Shown piece after piece: positions 37,208-49,349 of a stretch of DNA of 64,000 nucleotides. The notes under the pieces were generated by a model. That model was not told the DNA's origin. It searched no databases and saw only the letters and a program-made list of their open reading frames with translations. Source of the stretch: Piromyces finnis finn (lineage: Eukaryota; Fungi; Neocallimastigomycota); assembly GCA_002104945.1 (NCBI GenBank), contig MCFH01000020.1:682001-746000 (forward strand), in the 5' to 3' direction. The position numbers and the translations under genes are program-made. Position 1 is the first letter of the stretch. Each line of letters opens with the position of its first letter.

Positions 37208-40200
37208 ATGTCAGTCCTTTATATTAAAGATAAGAATTATATCAGACGTGGTACCCGGTCTTATGGTATCCCCTTAGATGATATTCGCTCCTTCTTTATC
37301 CGTGGTATTCGATCATGGTCAGTAAATATGCTATGGGAAAAACTCGAGGTTATTCTAGAAGATAAATTTAATTCAGTTATTAGTGTTAAATATTTTCAGA
37401 CTTTCAATGATCACTTTTTCTTAGTCAAGGTTCATGGTTCATCAAAAGATTGTATTAAAATCTTACACATGTTAAAGAAGAAACTTTCAGTTACCTCAAT
37501 TTCCTTTTCAGCTCGTAGTAGAAGGAATCACAAATACACTTTTTCCACACTCAAACGTAAAATTTTAGTTTCTAATAAACATCAACATTCTATTCAACAA
37601 TCATTTCAACAATCAGTTCAACAATCTCATCAACAATCCGATCTTCAACAAGATCTTCAACAAGATCTTCAACAAGTTTCCCATCATGAAAATATTCCAG
37701 ATCTACAGCAAACACAATTTCAATCTCAACATTCAACAATTAATTCTAATAGTTCTATCAACTCTGATAACAGTTCAATAGTTGATAGTTCTTCAGTTTC
37801 ACAGCCATCTAGTAATAGTTCTACTTATTCCTCTGATGCATCATCCATTAATAATGATGACTTTAATAATAATAATAATAGCAACGATTCTTCCTCATCC
37901 TCATCCAACAAGCCTGATAACTTTTCTTTTTGTCTTAGTTGGAACACCAATGGGTGGAATCACGAAAAGAGAGATAGTATTAGCTATTTCACAGCTATTT
38001 TCAAACCATTATTTTTATGTTTCCAAGAAACTGGTAATGGTTCTGGATCGAATACAGATTATCCTTGTCGTGTTACTTTGCGAAACTATAGACACTTTTT
38101 CAAGAAAGCTGACGAATCAGTTCCTGGAATGAGAGGTTTATATTTAGGTTTTCACAATTCGTGTCAAGCCTCACTTGAAAACTTCTCTGGAAAGTATATT
38201 ATTTCTATTTATACTTTTAGTCTTTGGAATAGATTCAAATGCTCGATTGGAAATGTTTATATGTCTCATAGTCATCACAACATCTATGTTGATCATGCAA
38301 AGTTAGAAGTTCGCTTGTGGTTACAAACTCATTCATCCCATCCATCGATTCTTGTTGGTGATTTTAATATGTCTAAAGTTAAATTATTCAACTGGTTATC
38401 AACTAATGGATTAGGAGATTGGGAAATTCTTCCGCTTAGAGGGTCGACTATCTCTTGGACTCGAGGTGATCAATCTTCCGACATTGACCATGTTCTTATC
38501 AATTTGAAGATGAAAGATCTTATTCACTCAGGATCATTTATAAATAATTTTTATCCTGTATCAGACCATAAGCCACTTCTTATTAATGGTAAAATTATTC
38601 CTATGGAAGATTTTTCTAATGACTTTAATGTTCCTAAGAAAATTCTGAAATGGAATAGATTAAAATGTATTGAGGAAAAGGAATCTATTCTCAGTCATAA
38701 TAAATTCCAAATACTTTCAGCCAAATTCAACGATCCTAATGTTTCTACAGATGAACTTTCCAAAGAGTTTACTTCAACTGCTTTTTCAATTGCAGACGAG
38801 CTCAGTATTACTTCAGCAAATAATGTTATAAAGTCTTCATTTCATATTTCACAACAAATTTTTAATCTTCAAAAAATCAAAATGAAGTTGTATAAGAGAT
38901 TTAAAAAAGAAAGAATTTATGATATAGATGAATTTATTAAAAGAATTAAAATCTACCGTAAGCTCATTGATTACATCCACAAAAGATGTAATGAATTTAG
39001 GAAGCAAGAATATCTTCATTGGATTAAATCAGGATGTGAGTATATGAAGAGTCATAATCCTAAGAAGGCCTGGAAATGGATCAAGAAAACTGCAAAAATT
39101 GGAAAAGATTCTTTCTTTATTGCTCAACCAATTAAAAATAAAAATGGAGAATTAGTTGTTGCTACGGAAGAACAACTTGAAGTGTGGCATGATCATTTCG
39201 AAAACCTTGCATCAGATCCAAGTGGTGTAAGTCTTGATTTGGAGCATTGGTATGAAGAACCAACGAATAAACGTTTTTCACTTCCTATGCTTGATGAGTG
39301 GGATATCAACCAAGATATTAGTATTGATGAAGTCAAGTCAGCTATCCTCTCTACTCCAAATTATAAAGCATCAGGTCCGGATGGTATTCCAATTGAATTT
39401 TACAAAGCATTAATTCCATCAAGTAATGATTCTAATAATGCTACAGGTAATAATTCTTCCGGTAATACCACTTCAGATAATGATGCTCATGGTTTAAATT
39501 TTATTCTTAAATTATTCAACCGTATTTGGGATGGAGACTTCCCCAACTCATGGAATGAATCCAGTATTGTTTCTATTCCTAAGAAGGGAGATTTGACAGA
39601 TTGTGATAACTATCGAGGTATATCACTTATCAATAATGGTATTAAGTTGATTTCCAAAATTGTCACCACTAGAATCTCAGAATATGGTCTAAAGAATAAT
39701 TTCATTAGACCTGAACAATTTGGTTTTCGAAAAAAGGAAGAAAGTATCAGTCTTTTCATTTCAATCCAAGAAATATGCCGTAGACGTCAATTAGATAATA
39801 AAGAGACATATTTGGCCTTTTTAGATCTCAGGAAAGCATACGATTCAGTCCCAATCGGTAATATTCTCCATAAATTAGATTGTTTAGGAATCCGAGGTAA
39901 GAGTTTACAATTCATCAAAAATTTATATTTAACATCTAAGGCTAATGTCAAATTAGATGGACAATTCTCGAAATCTTTTGATGTGAAGAAAGGAGTCCGT
40001 CAAGGTTGCCCTCTTTCTCCTATTCTCTTTAATCTCTTTATTAATGATATTTTTAAAGAGTGCGAAGATCTTGGAGTCAGTTTAGGTGACACTCGATGCT
40101 GTGGTGGACTTTTTGCAGATGATATAGTTATTTGTGCTCCAACAAGAGGATGCTTAAAAAAGATGCTAAGAAGAGTTAATGAATGGGCCTTGTATAATGA

Positions 40201-41230
40201 AATGGAATTTGGTATCCAGAAATGTTCAACGATGGTGATTCGTCCTGAATCAATAGAAAATCAGATCAAGAGAGATCCAACATTTTACTTAGCAGGACAA
40301 CCCATTCCAACTACTGATTGTTATACTTATCTTGGTGTTCCATTTGATAAGAATCTGTCCCTTAAACCAGTAATTAAAGCTCTTAATAACAAGGTTTTGA
40401 AAGGACTTTTTTCAGTCAGTAAATTCTTAAGAAATCCTAATATTCCTATTCCCTTCAAAAAGCTAGTACTTAACTCACAAGTGATTAGCAGAGTTTCATA
40501 CTTTGCACCATTACTTGGATCCAACAAAGCTAGGTCTAGAATTGCTCAGAAGCATGTTAACAAAGGAATACGATGGGTTGCCGGAGTTCATAAAGTTATA
40601 TCGTTTATATCTTTATACTCTATCTCAAAAGATTTGAATATTCCTCCATTGTCAGCCAAATGTGCGTTAGCTCAGGTTAGATGTTTTAACAAATGGAAAA
40701 ACTCAAATTGTATTATCTCATACCTTGTCAATTACATTCCTAAATTTAGAAAATACACGTGGTGCAAATCAAGTAGGACACTTGATAAAAAACTAAAGAA
40801 GCATGGAGATGTTAAAGCAGTTAAAAACTTTTATTGGAAAGATCTCAAAAGGAATTCAATCAAAGCGCAATATTATGATGATAATAAATTTATTGAAACT
40901 AAAGATTTTATTAAATTATGTTATGAGTACCCAGAGTTTGCCTATGGCTTCTACTGGCTCTTGAAAGCAAGAAGCGGATACAAGTTGGATGCTAGAGTTG
41001 CCAAAGCTGCTAAATTTGTTGATCCAGTTTGTCCTAACTACTGTCCATGTTGTGAGAGTGGAGATCAAAGAATAATAATGAAAATGTTAATATCAGTAGA
41101 GATAGCAATAACATTAACAGTAATAGTAACAATAATAATAATAACAATAGTAGTAGTAGAAATAGTAATAATAATAATAGTAATAATATTAGTAATATTA
41201 GCATTAGTGAAGATAATAATTCTAATTTAG
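37208..41230 (+). CDS. LINE ORF: N-terminal extension, APE endonuclease, reverse transcriptase; frameshifted or deleted near the C-terminal zinc knuckle
   Basis: APE motifs SWNTNG, FQETG, GDFN, DIDHVL and SDHKP. RT motifs KASGPDGIP, PKKGD...NYRGISL, QFGFR, FLDLRKAYDSV, GVRQGCPLSPILF, LFADD and YTYLGV. CPNYCPCC is followed by out-of-frame low-complexity sequence. Confidence 0.95.
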   Translation: MSVLYIKDKNYIRRGTRSYGIPLDDIRSFFIRGIRSWSVNMLWEKLEVILEDKFNSVISVKYFQTFNDHFFLVKVHGSSKDCIKILHMLKKKLSVTSISFSARSRRNHKYTFSTLKRKILVSNKHQHSIQQSFQQSVQQSHQQSDLQQDLQQDLQQVSHHENIPDLQQTQFQSQHSTINSNSSINSDNSSIVDSSSVSQPSSNSSTYSSDASSINNDDFNNNNNSNDSSSSSSNKPDNFSFCLSWNTNGWNHEKRDSISYFTAIFKPLFLCFQETGNGSGSNTDYPCRVTLRNYRHFFKKADESVPGMRGLYLGFHNSCQASLENFSGKYIISIYTFSLWNRFKCSIGNVYMSHSHHNIYVDHAKLEVRLWLQTHSSHPSILVGDFNMSKVKLFNWLSTNGLGDWEILPLRGSTISWTRGDQSSDIDHVLINLKMKDLIHSGSFINNFYPVSDHKPLLINGKIIPMEDFSNDFNVPKKILKWNRLKCIEEKESILSHNKFQILSAKFNDPNVSTDELSKEFTSTAFSIADELSITSANNVIKSSFHISQQIFNLQKIKMKLYKRFKKERIYDIDEFIKRIKIYRKLIDYIHKRCNEFRKQEYLHWIKSGCEYMKSHNPKKAWKWIKKTAKIGKDSFFIAQPIKNKNGELVVATEEQLEVWHDHFENLASDPSGVSLDLEHWYEEPTNKRFSLPMLDEWDINQDISIDEVKSAILSTPNYKASGPDGIPIEFYKALIPSSNDSNNATGNNSSGNTTSDNDAHGLNFILKLFNRIWDGDFPNSWNESSIVSIPKKGDLTDCDNYRGISLINNGIKLISKIVTTRISEYGLKNNFIRPEQFGFRKKEESISLFISIQEICRRRQLDNKETYLAFLDLRKAYDSVPIGNILHKLDCLGIRGKSLQFIKNLYLTSKANVKLDGQFSKSFDVKKGVRQGCPLSPILFNLFINDIFKECEDLGVSLGDTRCCGGLFADDIVICAPTRGCLKKMLRRVNEWALYNEMEFGIQKCSTMVIRPESIENQIKRDPTFYLAGQPIPTTDCYTYLGVPFDKNLSLKPVIKALNNKVLKGLFSVSKFLRNPNIPIPFKKLVLNSQVISRVSYFAPLLGSNKARSRIAQKHVNKGIRWVAGVHKVISFISLYSISKDLNIPPLSAKCALAQVRCFNKWKNSNCIISYLVNYIPKFRKYTWCKSSRTLDKKLKKHGDVKAVKNFYWKDLKRNSIKAQYYDDNKFIETKDFIKLCYEYPEFAYGFYWLLKARSGYKLDARVAKAAKFVDPVCPNYCPCCESGDQRIIMKMLISVEIAITLTVIVTIIIITIVVVEIVIIIIVIILVILALVKIIILI

Positions 41231-41377
41231 ATAGTAATTTAGTTAATGATAGTAATAGTTCTAATAATCTGGTGAATATTAATGTGTATGATTATTCTAG
41301 TGTGTGCAGTAAAATATTTAAAAAAGTTGTTGGTTTAAAATGATTTTAATTCAAAAAACATTACTAATATTAAATAT

Positions 41378-41620
41378 GAATAAGAATAAGAATAAGAATA
41401 AGAATAAGAATAAGAATAAGAATAAGAATAAGAATAAGAATAAGAATAAGAATAAGAATAAGAATAAGAATAAGAATAAGAATAAGAATAAGAATAAGAA
41501 TAAGAATAAGAATAAGAATAAGAATAAGAATTAAAAATAAGAATAAGAATAAGAATAAGAATTAAGAATAAGAATAAGAATTAAAAATAAGAATAAGAAT
41601 TAAAAATAAGAATAAGAATA
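41378..41620. repeat. (GAATAA)n hexanucleotide array at the 3' end of the LINE
   Basis: About 25 perfect units at 41378-41527, then degenerate units to about 41620. Confidence 0.96.
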
Positions 41621-41886
41621 ATAATTTTTTTAATTTTATGACAATAATTAAAATCTTTGTAGATAATATTCACGAATCTATAAAAGTATATTCATTATGT
41701 TCCTACATAAAAATAGAAAAAAATTGGTATCATTAACACCAAAAGTTAAACTTTATTATTTGGTATTAAAAGTTTTACATCCTTAATTTTTAATCAATAA
41801 TTTTTTTTTTTTTTTTCTAATATATTTTTTTATTTTATTTATATATATTTATTTTCTTTTTCTTTCTTTTTTTTTTTTTTTTTTTT

Positions 41887-43904
41887 TTAAATAATATCAT
41901 TAACATTAGCAAAATCTTGATCTTCATCCTGTCCTTCTTTTTCTTCCCAGGTATTTCTTAAATATCTTTCTTGAACTTCTTTAATATCTTCTAATGAACC
42001 AAGACCACCAACTCTAGCTGCCGTTATCATAATACTTTCATTGGCTTCTTCTAAACCACCATAAATATAACCATTAGCTTTATCAATGACACGTACTAAA
42101 TTAATCATACTATCTTTATCTTCAACACAAAGGGTATAAAATCCAACTAAATTATAATCTTCAATAAGATCGACTAAGGCTTCATTTAATCTTTGATATC
42201 TGGCAGTTTGATTATCTGAATTAAGTTGCTCTAATAAATAATGTAAATCTTGTACTTCCGTATAGAAATCCAAATTAAATGCTAATATTTCATAATAAAT
42301 ATTGAAATTTTTTTTAATATTTTATTTATTTATTTATTTATTTATTATTCATGTATTTATTATTTTCTAGTTTCATTTCATTAATGATAATGTATTTACC
42401 TAGTTTTCCATAGGATTCCATAAGATCTACTTTAGAAAGTACATTTACATGGGGTAAACCCAATTGAAGCATAATTTGTAAAGATAATAATAATACAGAA
42501 ATATATTTACTAGGGTCAGTACAATGATGGGCATCAACTAAATGAACGACACATAACTTTGGAAGGAGAACAAAAAAAAAAAAAAAAAAGGGCAAAAATA
42601 AATTTTAATATTTGAAAAATCCTTATTTTTTTTTTTTTTTTTCTTCATCATATTATATTTACTACTTACTCTATAATCACGTTTTTCTAATATACTAATG
42701 ATATTTTTAATGGCATTATTATGGGTATATAATTCAACTTGACCAGGACAATCAAAAATAATATATTTATCTATATAAAAATTACATATATATATATATA
42801 TATTAAATTAAATAATAAATAAGTAACTTTTTATAATAACTATATTTGTTAAAATAATAGATTTTATCGTAATACTACCTTTTATTTTATCAAGTTGTTC
42901 TAAAAGCCAATCTATGTTCTTTTCTAAATATTCTAAACAATAAATCATTCCTAAAAATTTGTTCATATACACCTTATTAAATAATAATAATAATAATAAT
43001 AATATAATAATAATAATAATAAAATTATATAAAAATTTACCTCCATTTGGACCTAATCCAAAAGTATCGATAGCATCTTCAAGAGTAATTAGTGATGAAA
43101 TATCAATATCACATTTATATCTACAAATTATACGTAATAAGATAATAAAATTTAAAAAAAAAAAAAAATCATTTAATTTTTAATAAAAAAAAATTCATTA
43201 ATGGATTAGTTAAATAAAGTTTTATTATTACTAACGGTATATTTTCATTTGCTGGGTCAAGATTGACAATAGCACACTCTCTATTGAAATATAGAAATTT
43301 TATTTATATTCATAAATTATAAATATATATTATTAATTTTATCTTTATTCTTATTTTAGAAATTTATAAATTATAAATTTATATATACCTTTTAGTTTGT
43401 GAAAATAATTGAAATAAACCATGACAATAAGTGGTTTTACCAGATCCCGGTGGACCTACAACTATCTATAATAATTAAAAAGGAAGCAAATGCCATTAAT
43501 ATCATTACTATATTATAATAAAATAAATTTGAAAAAATTTTTCTTTTTTTTTTTTTTTATCTTAATTAAATTAAATAATTTTTGATGAATATAAAAAGAG
43601 ATTTTAATAAATATTAATTATTAATATGAACATAAAAAATATTATCTCAATATTAATAATATATACAGTGTGCAAATTTTGACTCAATCAAAATATTTAA
43701 ATATAAATGTGTAGTTCTATATATATGAATTTTTCTCCTTTATTGACTTTTAATGATGTTATTTCATTAAATTTTGTAAAGAATTGTCTTTTTTCTTTAA
43801 TAAAAATTAATTACTCCAATATTTTTTCTTTTCTTTCTTATAAAAAAGAGAATGAAAATGAAGAAAGAATAAAATCAATAGAAAATTACTTGAGCGAATG
43901 GCAT
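41887..43904 (-). CDS. GPN2: GPN-loop GTPase 2, 8 exons, 313 aa
   Basis: Exons 43904-43890, 43465-43389, 43280-43236, 43120-43041, 42950-42879, 42770-42670, 42556-42400 and 42281-41887 splice in frame: [19 protein letters not shown]...VNLDPANE...LGPNGG...FDCPGQVEL...[16 protein letters not shown]...[12 protein letters not shown]...[13 protein letters not shown]...IDKANGY. Confidence 0.93.
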
Positions 43905-44653
43905 CTTTAAATTATATAAATGTAAATATATATTATTGTAAAATAATATTGTAATTATTTGAATTTCACAGTATTCAGAGCTTAAATAATTTCTGAATTT
44001 ATTTTTTTTTTTTTTAATTTCTGTTTGTTTATTTATTTATTTAATAATGTTCCTGTTTTAAACTGATAAATTGATATTTTTATTTATTTATAATATAATC
44101 CACTATATTAATTTATATATATACATATATAAAGTATAATGAAAAATTAGTAAATTATTTTTAAATTATTTATTATAATAAATGTCAATAAAGAATAATA
44201 ATATTGAAAATAATAGATTGTATGCAAGATTAAATAAAAATCATTTTCATTAATAATATATTACATTTCTAATTAATGAATTTCAAATTTTAAATTGTTC
44301 TTAATTATTTTAAAACATAAAAATTATTCCAATTTAATTTTAAGTATAAAGTTGTTTATAAAAATACTAAAATGAATTTTATTAAATTCAAAATCATTAA
44401 TTCTTTTCTACTTTTCAAAAATTTACCTTTATTAATTCTGGACTATACAAATAAAAAATATATACCACTTCTAAGGTATCTTCTTTTGGAATATGTTTTA
44501 TCCAAATTTTTTTAAAAAAAAAATGAAATTAATACTATAAATTTATTGGTTGTTTAGCTACACATTTACATTTCAAAAAATGAAGATTTAAATTTTAAAT
44601 TTTTATATTAAATAATGAAAAAAAATAAATTATTATTACTCACATATTACTGC

Positions 44654-44777
<124 letters not shown>

Positions 44778-47700
44778 ATAGAAATATATATACTACTTAT
44801 CTTAATAAATAATATAGTAGTAATAAATATTATATTATAATATATCCTTTTCTCTCTATTTTAATATTGTATTAACCTTTTTACAAATATATTGTAAAGA
44901 AACTTTTATTCATTAAAATTTTCATATAGGCACGTGATGTACTCATAGAATTATTCATACTATTTTTTTAATTACATTAATTAAATATTTGTATACATAA
45001 ATACATTGAAATAAAAGTAAAAACTTTTTTATATACATTATAAATAATTGTTTTTAGTTTTTGAAATCCTTAATAAATAGTAAGTTTAATAAATTTTTCA
45101 ATTATCATATTTTACTTATATAATTATATTTTCTAATGTTATTGCTTAAAATAGGCTCACTTCATTATTTTATACATATGTAATGCTTTAAATGTCAATT
45201 GTCATATTAAAAATTCATAATATAATTATCCTATCCATTCATTAATTAAAGTATCCAGTAATTTAAATTTATTTCTATAAAATATATATATCATGTTTTA
45301 TCATAAGTAATAAACCTTTTCTATACCAATATAAATAAATATAATTATTAATATATGTTAACCAAAAGAAATATAAATTTCTATATAATATAATCACTTT
45401 ATTTTATACTATTTTGTTTCGACTTCTATAAATATAAAATATTCGAAAAAAAAAAAAAAAAAAAAAATATCGAACTAATCATACATTTCATACGTATTTA
45501 ATCAAGCGACACCGATGTATAATGTATATATATTGCTAACCGAATTTATGTTTCAATAATAAAATTAAATTTTTCATTACTTCATTATTATATAAAAATA
45601 AACTAATAATAAAATAAAAATAAATTATTCATTATATGTAATATAAAAAAAATAAAATAAGACTTTTTTTATTTATCATTATTAATATATATACAGGATG
45701 ATGTTTTAATATCATTTAAAAAAAAATAAAAAGTTTTCTAAAAAGTTCTTCTACCCATTTTTTTTCTTTTTTTAAAAAAAAAATAAAAAAAGACAATGAA
45801 AATTAATATATTTATTTATTAATATATTACCACAATTAAAAATTTAATTAAAAAGTTAACAAAAAGACATCATTGTCAATATTTAATATTTAATAAAAGA
45901 CATCATGGTCAAAAATTAAAAATAATAAAGAGACATCATAATCAATATTTACGATATAGTAAAAGTGGTATAGGCAAAAATAAAAGATAATTGATTATTT
46001 TTTAACTTAATATTGCATAAGAGTTACTCTCGAAAATAAAACTTTTAATATTTTTAATATTGAATATATGAAAACTCTTAATTTTCATTAATATTACGCT
46101 TTATTAATAAAATATTGAATATACAATTACACTTTTATATTTTATATTGAAAAGAAAAAAAAGGAATATTAAATATGTGTTTTATGCTGTTGTTAAGCTG
46201 CTAAAGTTGATAATTTGATTTTTATACTATAATAAATAATTATAATAATAGTATAATAATAACTATTATTATTAGAATTTTAGAATTATAATCATTTTTA
46301 TCTTAAAGAAATGTTTTATAGTCTTTCAAAATTTGTTATAAAATAATAAAATAATAATCCATAATATTAAATAATAAATAATAATAATAATAAATAATGA
46401 AAAAATAATTAAAATAATATACATTATATGTATTATTTTTCCTTTTTCTTTAGGAAATAAAGATTATTCTTCATTTAACTGCCATAAATTATACAGGGTT
46501 AGGTTCTATATTAGGGTTAAAACGCTACAAGCAATATAGAAAAGTCAATAATAAATATTTCTAAAACAAAATATCAAATTCAATTCTTGTATTAAATAAT
46601 TTTTTTCTTCAAAATTAATCATTATGTTTTTAGATTCTTTAAAATATTAAAATAGAATTTATAAATTTTTGCTCTAAAGATAATGATCATTATTTTAACT
46701 AAAATGCTATCGTTTAACAATTATTTAAAAATAGATAATACACTTTTTTTTTATTATTTACCTATATTAGACAAACAAGCATCTTACTCAACAAATGAAT
46801 TATCTAATTTATCATAAAAGCAACTTTAATTATTAAATGTTTTATTATTTCATAATAAAAAAAAAGGTTTTTTTTTTTTTTTCAATATATTAGCCTTTTT
46901 TTTTTTTTTTCCACTCAAATGAAATAAATTAAATTTTAATTAATAAGCTTATATTTTCATAATTCAAAGTTTTTATATAGTTTTAGACATGATTTTATAA
47001 AAAAAAAATAATCATAAAAATAAAAAGGTCTAGAAGCAACAAAATTTATTGGAAAAACATATATTATTATTTAGTTATATATCTTTATTTTTTAATTTAA
47101 GGTCCTTTTTTTTTTTTTCATATAGAATTAGTCATCTTTTTTTTGTTTGTTATTTTAAATAAGCCCCCATTAATAGTAAAAATATTGTTATCTTTTCTTT
47201 TTATATGATATATTATATTATTATATATTGTTCAAAAATCTTAGTTTTTATTATAAAATATATATAAAAAATCCTTTTTAAAATATTTTAAAAGTGTACT
47301 TGGACTTTTTTATATAGTTTCTTTTTCATACTGATCCTTTCTTTTCTTTTAATGTTATATACTATCAAAACAATATCCACTATTCAATATTTTTTGGATG
47401 GAGTGATAAAGATCTGTTTTTTAATATATTAAAATTTATTAATTTAATAAAAAAAAGAAGGTAAAATTTTATATATTAAAAAATGCCGAATCATATTATA
47501 AAATTTTATTCTATTGGTTAATATATATTATTATTTTTTAATTTAATAGCAAAGTTTAATTTATAAAAAATAATAAATAATCCTTTTAAAAAAAATGATA
47601 GAGTTTTATTTATATTAAAATACGGTTAATTAAATTCTTTATACACTGAAAATTCAATTATTAGATATTAATAATTTTGTTTTATCAAATTACTTAACAT

Positions 47701-49316
47701 GAAAAAAAAAACTTTTAAATATATAAATAAAAATAATATATAATAAAGACATTTTCTTTTTTTTTTTTATTTTTTTTTTTATTTTTTTTATTATCATTTA
47801 AAGCTATTTTCATAAGGATATAGTAATAAAAAAATATAAAAAAAATATTGATTTCTAAATAAATAAAAAACATTTAATTTTTTAATATTTTATAAATGAT
47901 AATTGCATCTGTATGCAATTGAAGTATAATAACAAGTAATTTTCAAATTTTTAATGAATATAAAATTATGCATATTATAAAATATCTATATCTTCATCAT
48001 TCACCTACACCATCAATAATAATTTTTTTTACAATACAATACAATACAAATGCATACAACATTTTTATATGTAATACATTACGTTTGTAATATTTGAAGT
48101 TTATTGGTAAATATATAATGTAACTTACAAATACAATTTATAATTATAATTTATTATGGAAAATTGAATTAAGGTAGTATAAAATTTAAATTTGTATTAT
48201 ATTTGAATTTACATTTTAAAAATAAAAAAAATATGGAAAAATAGATAAAAATTATGAATTTTTTAAAATGGTTCATTCTAATATGCATATAAAATTGACA
48301 ATAGATTTTCACAATAGATTGCAAATTTTATTGAAAACAATGCTTTATTATGTTTTTCCATATTAATAAATAAAAATTATATAATAGAGTAGGATTATGT
48401 GAAAAGCCATATCTCATATCTTTTAATAAAGAATAACAACTCTATATTAATAATATCAATGATTTATTGTAGCAATAGTAAAATTTAAATTATCATGAAA
48501 GTAGTATCATCAATTGATTATCCATAGTTTTACATTATTTATTTTTAAGAATTTATAGATATCAAGGTAAGTACAATAAGTTTCTTTTAGTAATAAAAAA
48601 TTATTGATTTAAAAATTCCATTTTTCAACAACTACATCCTCCTACATATTGTTTACAACATTATTACAATTTCTACAATTGTATTTAATTTTTTTTTTTT
48701 TTTGGATAGTTCAATAAAAATATTAGTATATAAACTCTATTATTATACAATACATCAAAGTATATTAAAATATATCTAATAATAATTTATAATTACATAA
48801 ATAATTTATAGATAAATTAATTTATATAAAAAATAGTATGATTTTATATTGAAATTTATTTAAAGAAAAATTATATTTAATAAATGAATGTAATGAATAA
48901 ATAAATATTTAAATAAATAATTAATGATAATTAATGAAAGAATACAATTAAAATACAATTTAAAGTATATATTTAAAGAGGCTTAAAAAAGAATTATTTA
49001 ATTGTAATAAAATTATTAATAATTAAAACAAGATATAAATTAATAATAATGTATAAAATTACATTTATTGATATAAAACAATTATAAGTAGCTTTGAATT
49101 AAAAAAAAAAAAGAGAATAATTTCCCGAATAATTAATGAATAAAAATTAAAGTGAAAAAAAATATTAAAAATTGAGTAATTTTCCAAGCATTATTATATA
49201 TTTTTAAAATGAAATAAGTTGTATTCTTTTTTGAAAAAGAAGATTTAACAAACTATAAAATATAAAATTGAAATATAAAGACAAACATGTTAAATAATAA
49301 TAATAATAATAACAGC

Positions 49317-49349
<33 letters not shown>

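Larger units (their letters stand above)
36435..41620 (+). mobile_element. Near-full-length non-LTR retrotransposon (single ORF, APE endonuclease + RT; RTE-like organisation); ends approximate
   Basis: About 770-nt leader (its first 60 nt shared with the relic at 15.5 kb), a 1340-codon ORF, a damaged C-terminus, then (GAATAA)n. No target-site duplication found. Confidence 0.85.

Noticed and set aside
41069-41230. Ile/Val-rich C-terminus of the LINE ORF as a transmembrane anchor
   Set aside because: It is an out-of-frame reading of an AAT/AGT-rich Asn/Ser tract after a probable deletion.
41340-41534. Poly-(NK) ORF
   Set aside because: Translation of the (GAATAA)n microsatellite.
43466-43496. 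ATGGCATTTGCT near the GPN2 exon 2 acceptor as the start codon
   Set aside because: It is out of frame with exon 2 and would need a 22-nt GC-AG intron. A better first exon (MPFAQ|gtaatt) lies at 43904-43890.
45864-45990. Three or four loose 32-34-bp units beginning aaagacatcat
   Set aside because: A short degenerate minisatellite with no coding or structural signal.
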